Of a stretch of 64,000 nucleotides of DNA, positions 59,446-64,000 are shown piece by piece. Under the pieces are notes generated by a model. That model had not been told where the DNA came from. It searched no databases and saw nothing but the letters and a program-made list of their open reading frames with translations. This stretch comes from an uncultured Mycoplasmatota bacterium (lineage in GTDB: Bacteria; Bacillota_I; Bacilli_A; RF39; UBA660). Where the stretch lies: assembly GCA_946413985.1 (NCBI GenBank), contig CAMKMS010000002.1:42094-106093 (forward strand), written 5' to 3'. The stretch's first letter is position 1; every line of letters begins with the position of its first letter. A program made the position numbers and the translations under genes.

Positions 59446-61050
59446 ATGAAAAAGAATTTGATTATTTTTTATATTTTATTGATTATGTTTTCTTTTTTTG
59501 CTTATACATTAAGTGTAGATGCATCTGAACAAGATTGTTCAAATTTTAAAAGTAGCGCTGCTAAAAACGCATGTATTAATGTTGAAAGATATTGTTCTCA
59601 GGGTGTAGATGCTGTAGGAGGTTGTCAGTATGATAAGAATAATACATTATACACTCGTGCAAAAACTAAAGCTTGTTATGGAACTAATTGTATAACATTA
59701 GAAGGAACGTTAACAAGAGGATATCAAGCTGTAGATAAAAATGGAAAAGCAGCTTTTGCTGGTTGTTATAAAGTTGAATATGCAGGAAATACTACTTCAG
59801 AAAACAAAAGATTTTCTAAAGGAACATATTATATTTTTAAAATTTTATCACCAGCAAAAGATTGTAAAGAATCAAAAGCATATTATGATATAGTACCTCC
59901 AAATAATATTGCTGGTTATGACGGAAAGAATGCAATTGGAGGAGATTCAGCAACATATAAATGGGTGGCTAAAAATAATGGTAATTGTCCTGTTATGTTT
60001 GGTTTAACTGGAAATACTACTTTTTGGACTGCTAAAAGGAATACTTATGTATTTGCTGATAATGAAAATGATTTGAAATTAGATAAAGCTCAATTTAGAA
60101 TATTTTTTTGGAATAGTGAAAAATATGAGACTTCAGCTGGATGTACTGTTCAAGATAAAGAAGGATTTGAACAAGCAATTAAGTGTTATGATGACACAAT
60201 AACAATTCTAAATGATGATAATCAAACAAAGTGTCCACCAGATTTTAAAGATTTGGCTGCATATAAAGAAAAATTAAATGGTTTGGCAGATAAATGTGGA
60301 CCTGAAATCGAAAAACTATATAGAATTACTTACTTAAAGGAAAATGCAGAAATATTTACTACAAAACTAAAAGAAGCAGTAAATAAGAGATTAACTTCTT
60401 GTCAATTTGGAAATTGTAATTTAACTGAAACTGAAACAAATTGTATAAATAATGAAATTAAAAAACAGAATTGTCCAAATGGATGTTCTGGTAAAACTGG
60501 AACAGAATATGATGCTTGCTTTAATTGTTTAAAAGGTGTTTATGAATCTAGTACTTGTAAACTTGGATCTACAAAATCTCAATGTTTAATTGATTCACAA
60601 AAACAAAAAGATGAAGCTGTTACAGAATTAGGTGAAGGAGTATCTCAAGATCAACAAGAACATGTTGAGCATGAACAACAAGAAAGTGAGCAAATTAGAC
60701 ACAGTTTATATTCAACTTATGCAACTCAACCACTTGACATTGAAGTACCAGAAATGCCTGGAGAAGGTGGAGGAGAAATATCTGAGTGCGATAAAATATT
60801 GGGATCTGATTTAACTGCTGTTGTAAAAGCAAGTATTACAATACTTCAAATCGTAGGAGCAATTATTGCAGTTGTAAAAGGTATGATGGTATTAATACCT
60901 CCAGTATTAGCAAAAGATGCAGATGCACTTAAAAAAGCATCTAAAACTCTTGTTACAATGGCTATAATATTAGTTGTAATCTTCTTATTTAGACCATTAT
61001 TAAGATTCTTAGGAAGTATTCTTGATTTTGATACATCATGTATATTATAG
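59446..61050 (+). CDS. secreted cysteine-rich protein (about 24 Cys) with a C-terminal VirB2/TrbC-pilin-like two-helix membrane module
   Basis: It has a signal peptide and a Cys-rich ectodomain of about 400 aa, then an acidic linker, then ...CDKILGSDLTAVVKASITILQIVGAIIAVVKGMMVLIPPVLAKDADALKKASKTLVTMAIILVVIFLFRPLLRFLGSILDFDTSCIL. Confidence 0.6.
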   Translation: MKKNLIIFYILLIMFSFFAYTLSVDASEQDCSNFKSSAAKNACINVERYCSQGVDAVGGCQYDKNNTLYTRAKTKACYGTNCITLEGTLTRGYQAVDKNGKAAFAGCYKVEYAGNTTSENKRFSKGTYYIFKILSPAKDCKESKAYYDIVPPNNIAGYDGKNAIGGDSATYKWVAKNNGNCPVMFGLTGNTTFWTAKRNTYVFADNENDLKLDKAQFRIFFWNSEKYETSAGCTVQDKEGFEQAIKCYDDTITILNDDNQTKCPPDFKDLAAYKEKLNGLADKCGPEIEKLYRITYLKENAEIFTTKLKEAVNKRLTSCQFGNCNLTETETNCINNEIKKQNCPNGCSGKTGTEYDACFNCLKGVYESSTCKLGSTKSQCLIDSQKQKDEAVTELGEGVSQDQQEHVEHEQQESEQIRHSLYSTYATQPLDIEVPEMPGEGGGEISECDKILGSDLTAVVKASITILQIVGAIIAVVKGMMVLIPPVLAKDADALKKASKTLVTMAIILVVIFLFRPLLRFLGSILDFDTSCIL

Positions 61051-61064
61051 TTGAAATTAAATAC

Positions 61065-61093
61065 AAAGCATGTTAATATATACATGCTTTTTT
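61065..61093 (+). terminator. intrinsic terminator between the two paralogues
   Basis: The hairpin aaagcatgt-taatatat-acatgcttt is followed by T6. Confidence 0.5.
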
Positions 61094-61108
61094 ATTAGGA
61101 GGAATTTA

Positions 61109-61483
61109 ATGAAAAAAAAGTATTTTAAAGTAATTATTTTTGTTTTATTATTATTCTTATTCTGTACTATAAGAGCAGAAGGTATTGAAGTTCCAACTAT
61201 TCCAAGTGGTGAATTGAGTTCATGTGAAGAAATATTGGGCCACGATTTAGCAGCAATTGTAAAAGCAGGAATAACTATTATTCAAATAGTAGGTGCAATA
61301 ATAGCAATAGTAAAAGGTATGATGGTATTAATACCTCCAGTATTAGCAAAAGATGCAGATGCACTTAAAAAAGCATCTAAAACACTTGTATCATTAGCAA
61401 TAATATTAATTGTTATATTTTTATTTAGATCAATACTTATGTTTTTGGGAAATATATTAGATTTTGATACTTCTTGTATTTAA
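61109..61483 (+). CDS. small secreted VirB2/TrbC-pilin-like protein, paralogue of the C-terminus of the preceding gene
   Basis: The RBS aggagg supports a start at 61109. It has a signal peptide followed by the same roughly 95-aa module, which is more than 85% identical. Confidence 0.6.
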   Translation: MKKKYFKVIIFVLLLFLFCTIRAEGIEVPTIPSGELSSCEEILGHDLAAIVKAGITIIQIVGAIIAIVKGMMVLIPPVLAKDADALKKASKTLVSLAIILIVIFLFRSILMFLGNILDFDTSCI

Positions 61484-61638
61484 TAATAAATTTCTCTTTT
61501 TTTTTATAAAAAAATGTGTTAAAATAAGTTGGCTTTAAGAAAAAAGACATGCATATTGATTTAATATTCTAGTGCTATTTATATAGTGGATATTAATTTA
61601 AAGGTATGCAGAAGAAAAAAACGAAAGGAGAGAGAATT

Positions 61639-62568
61639 ATGGCAGTTATTGCAAAAAGTTATTTATTAGAAGCAGGTGTTCATTTTGGACATCAAGCAAA
61701 AAGATGGAATCCTAAAATGAAGGAATTTATCTTTACTACAAGAGATGATATTCATATTATCGATTTACAAAAAACTGTTGAAAAAATTGAAGAAGCTTAC
61801 GCTGAACTTCTTAAAGCATGTGAAAATGGTGGTAAGGTTCTATTTGTTGGTACTAAAAAACAAGCTAAAGAAGCTTGTCAAGAAGAAGCAACAAGATGTA
61901 ATAGTTTTTATGTAACAGAAAGATGGTTAGGAGGTACTTTAACTAATTTTAGAACAATTAGAGAAAGAATTAAAAAACTATCTGAAATCGAAGAAATGGA
62001 AAAATCTGGAAAATTTGAATTACTTCCTAAGAAAGAAGTAGCTAAGTTACAAAAGGAATATAACAGATTAAATACATTACTTTGTGGTATAAGAGAAATG
62101 GATAAATTACCAAAAGCAGTTATTATAGTTGATCCAAGAGTAGAAATTAATGCTATTAAAGAAGCTAGAAGACTACATATTCCAGTATTTGGAATTGTTG
62201 ATACAAACTGCGATCCAGATGATGTAGACTATCCAATTCCATCAAATGATGATGCTGTTAGAAGTGTTAAAGTTGTTTTAGGAGTTTTAGCTAATGCTGT
62301 TTGTGAAAGTAATGGACTTCCTATAGTTGATTATGTAACTGAAGATGAAACTACTGCAAAAGCAGCAAAAGAGATTAAAGTTGAAACTAAAGTAGTTGAA
62401 TTAGATGATTTTAGTGAAGAACAAATCGAAGAAGTTAAAAAAGAAAAAGAAGAAGCTGTTGATTATAGTAAAATGACAGTTGCTGAACTAAAAAAACTTG
62501 CTAAAGAAAAAGGAATATCTGGATATTCAACTATGAAAAAAGATGAATTAATTTCATCATTAAATTAG
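61639..62568 (+). CDS. rpsB: 30S ribosomal protein S2
   Basis: The RBS aaaggagag and the start [19 protein letters not shown] were preferred over the upstream ATG at 61606. Confidence 0.9.
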   Translation: MAVIAKSYLLEAGVHFGHQAKRWNPKMKEFIFTTRDDIHIIDLQKTVEKIEEAYAELLKACENGGKVLFVGTKKQAKEACQEEATRCNSFYVTERWLGGTLTNFRTIRERIKKLSEIEEMEKSGKFELLPKKEVAKLQKEYNRLNTLLCGIREMDKLPKAVIIVDPRVEINAIKEARRLHIPVFGIVDTNCDPDDVDYPIPSNDDAVRSVKVVLGVLANAVCESNGLPIVDYVTEDETTAKAAKEIKVETKVVELDDFSEEQIEEVKKEKEEAVDYSKMTVAELKKLAKEKGISGYSTMKKDELISSLN

Positions 62569-62578
62569 GAGGTAGACC

Positions 62579-63451
62579 ATGAATATTACGGCTAGTATGG
62601 TTAAAGACTTAAGAGAGAAAACTGGTGCTGGAATGATGGATTGCAAGAAAGCTCTTGTTGAAAGCAATGCAGATATGGATAAAGCAATCGATTATTTAAG
62701 AGAAAAGGGAATCTCTAAAGCAGCAAAGAAAGCAGAAAGAATTGCTGCTGAAGGTCTTGCCAATATCTATTTAAAAGGTAATGATGCAGTTGTTTTAGAA
62801 TTAAACTCTGAGACTGATTTTGTTGCTAAAAACGCTGAATTTAAAGAATTACTTGATAAAATAGGAAATGCTATTTTAAAAGGTAAAGCAAATGATTTAG
62901 AGGGTGCTTTAGCACTTAAAGTTGGTAAAGAAACTGTTAATGATTTAATAGTTAATGCTACAGCTAAAATCGGTGAAAAAATTAGTCTAAGAAGATTTGA
63001 AAAAGTTACTAAATCAAAAAGTGAAGTATTCGGTACTTACTTACATATGGGTGGTAAAATTGCTTCTTTAACAGTAGTTCTTGGTAGTGATGAAGTTGTT
63101 GCAAAAGATGTAGCAATGCAAGCAGCAGCTATGAGACCACTTTATACAACAATTGAAAGTGTTCCAGAGAGTGACTTAGAACATGAAAAATCAGTAATTA
63201 GAGAACAAGTTATTAATGAAGGAAAGAAACCAGAATTTGCTGATAAAATTGTAGAAGGTAGAATTAGAAAATTCTATGAAGAAACAGTTTTAGAAGAACA
63301 AGCATTTATTAAAGATTCTAATGTTACTGTTAAAGGATATTTAGAAAATAATAAATCTAAACTTGTTAAACTTGTAAGATATGAAGTAGGCGAAGGTATG
63401 GAAAAGAGAAATGATAACTTTGCTGAAGAAGTAATGAGTCAAATTAAATAA
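62579..63451 (+). CDS. tsf: elongation factor Ts
   Basis: The motif LREKTGAGMMDCKKAL is present in a 290-aa protein. Confidence 0.95.
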   Translation: MNITASMVKDLREKTGAGMMDCKKALVESNADMDKAIDYLREKGISKAAKKAERIAAEGLANIYLKGNDAVVLELNSETDFVAKNAEFKELLDKIGNAILKGKANDLEGALALKVGKETVNDLIVNATAKIGEKISLRRFEKVTKSKSEVFGTYLHMGGKIASLTVVLGSDEVVAKDVAMQAAAMRPLYTTIESVPESDLEHEKSVIREQVINEGKKPEFADKIVEGRIRKFYEETVLEEQAFIKDSNVTVKGYLENNKSKLVKLVRYEVGEGMEKRNDNFAEEVMSQIK

Positions 63452-63463
63452 TTTAAATCTAAT

Positions 63464-63494
63464 AAAAAAGCCTTATCAATTGATAAGGCTTTTT
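63464..63494. terminator. bidirectional intrinsic terminator (tsf / convergent serpin)
   Basis: A perfect palindrome gccttatcaattgataaggc is flanked by A6 and T5. Confidence 0.6.
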
Positions 63495-63500
63495 AATATC

Positions 63501-64000
63501 TTAATTTTTACAAGAATCTTTATTATCTTCCCATTTAATTGGTTCATATACTGTTCCAAAGAACCATATATTATCTGAATTCTTTTCTTTAATTATGTAA
63601 ATAAATGGTTTGTTAAATTCAATTCTAATTGTATTTTTTTCTCCAATGAATGCACTATTTTTTTCTATTAAGAATGCTGTAACAGCTGCTGCTTTAGTTC
63701 CATTTTCAGAAAGTTCAATATGAGTTTTATGAATAGATTTACTTACAAATAATTGTAATAATGAATTACTATTAAGCATTTTTTTGAAATTCGCATTGTC
63801 TCTATTAAATGCCTCATTCATTCCTAAATTATTTAACATTTTTTGAAAATCATCATATGTATAATCATAAGTATATTTTGGTAAAGAATAATAAATATCT
63901 GTATTAGAATCACTTCTTTTTTGAGTTTTAAGTAAATTATTTAATTCTTTATCATCAAATGTTTTTAAATATTCACTTACATCTTTATTTGGTAATATTG
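63501..64000 (-). CDS. serpin (serine protease inhibitor), C-terminal portion; the gene continues beyond the window end
   Basis: The reactive-centre-loop hinge is ENGTKAAAVTAF, the serpin signature is FNKPFIYII, and the frame stays open through 64000. Confidence 0.65.
   Translation of the reverse strand, partial: ILPNKDVSEYLKTFDDKELNNLLKTQKRSDSNTDIYYSLPKYTYDYTYDDFQKMLNNLGMNEAFNRDNANFKKMLNSNSLLQLFVSKSIHKTHIELSENGTKAAAVTAFLIEKNSAFIGEKNTIRIEFNKPFIYIIKEKNSDNIWFFGTVYEPIKWEDNKDSCKN

Larger units (their letters stand above)
60739..61483 (+). repeat. duplicated roughly 300-bp module (60739-61050 and 61184-61483) encoding the shared C-terminal domain, including an identical 72-bp core
   Basis: The stretch aaaaggtatgatggtattaatacctccagtattagcaaaagatgcagatgcacttaaaaaagcatctaaaac is identical at about 60876-60947 and about 61312-61383. 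Confidence 0.85.

Noticed and set aside
59446-61483. The pilin-like pair as part of an ICE or conjugative element
   Set aside because: The flanks are recU-ponA and rpsB-tsf with no T4SS ATPase, coupling protein, relaxase or recombinase. There is no mobile element boundary to call.
61606-61638. An upstream ATG extending rpsB by 11 codons ([11 protein letters not shown])
   Set aside because: The canonical S2 N-terminus MAVI... begins at 61639 and has a proper RBS. The extension lacks one.
1-64000. A scan of all intergenic gaps longer than 80 bp for tRNA, rRNA or tmRNA
   Set aside because: No cloverleaf-like GC-rich segments were seen. All the gaps are AT-rich promoter or terminator DNA.

Overview
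The window is about 64 kb of AT-rich (roughly 28-30% GC) Firmicute chromosome, with almost every gene on the + strand and a Bacilli-like gene order. Most of it is core housekeeping. The conserved neighbourhoods are recU-ponA next to nth-dnaD, relA-dtd, comN-secDF, ftsK followed by an M16 peptidase pair, rpsB-tsf, and a tmk-thyA-folA operon. The remaining housekeeping genes are ezrA, mutS, rnhC, rplS, lepB, nfnAB-like, glyA, topA, hup, cca, deoD, mtnN and apt. Several accessory stretches are embedded in this background. (1) At 36.5-41.8 kb there is an operon with an ER/archaeal-type (SipW/Sec11-like) signal peptidase fused to a roughly 250-aa polytopic membrane domain. It sits with two secreted proteins that carry the same SipW-cognate-like N-terminus. 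One is a small TasA-like subunit, the other a 785-aa protein with an FN3 domain, a Hint/intein-like domain and a C-terminal domain of unknown function. A bitopic accessory protein lies between them. This is my best candidate for an undescribed secretion and fibre or effector-processing system. (2) At 59.4-61.5 kb a paralogous pair of secreted proteins shares a near-identical VirB2/TrbC-pilin-like two-helix C-terminal module. One of them carries a roughly 400-aa cysteine-rich ectodomain. No type IV secretion genes are nearby. (3) A 1416-aa lipoprotein at 4.1-8.3 kb has recombination-prone, near-identical Listeria-Bacteroides repeats and a C-terminal phosphodiester-glycosidase-like domain. (4) A monocistronic 379-aa prepilin-type protein lies at 18.1-19.2 kb. 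(5) An unannotated 59-aa YjcZ-like Gly/Tyr-rich tiny membrane protein is encoded on the minus strand at 31.76-31.94 kb. (6) Three copies of a terminator plus extended -10 module punctuate a run of small genes at 47.2-48.7 kb. (7) A bacterial serpin is truncated at the right edge of the window. I saw no rRNA, tRNA, CRISPR array, transposase or integrase.
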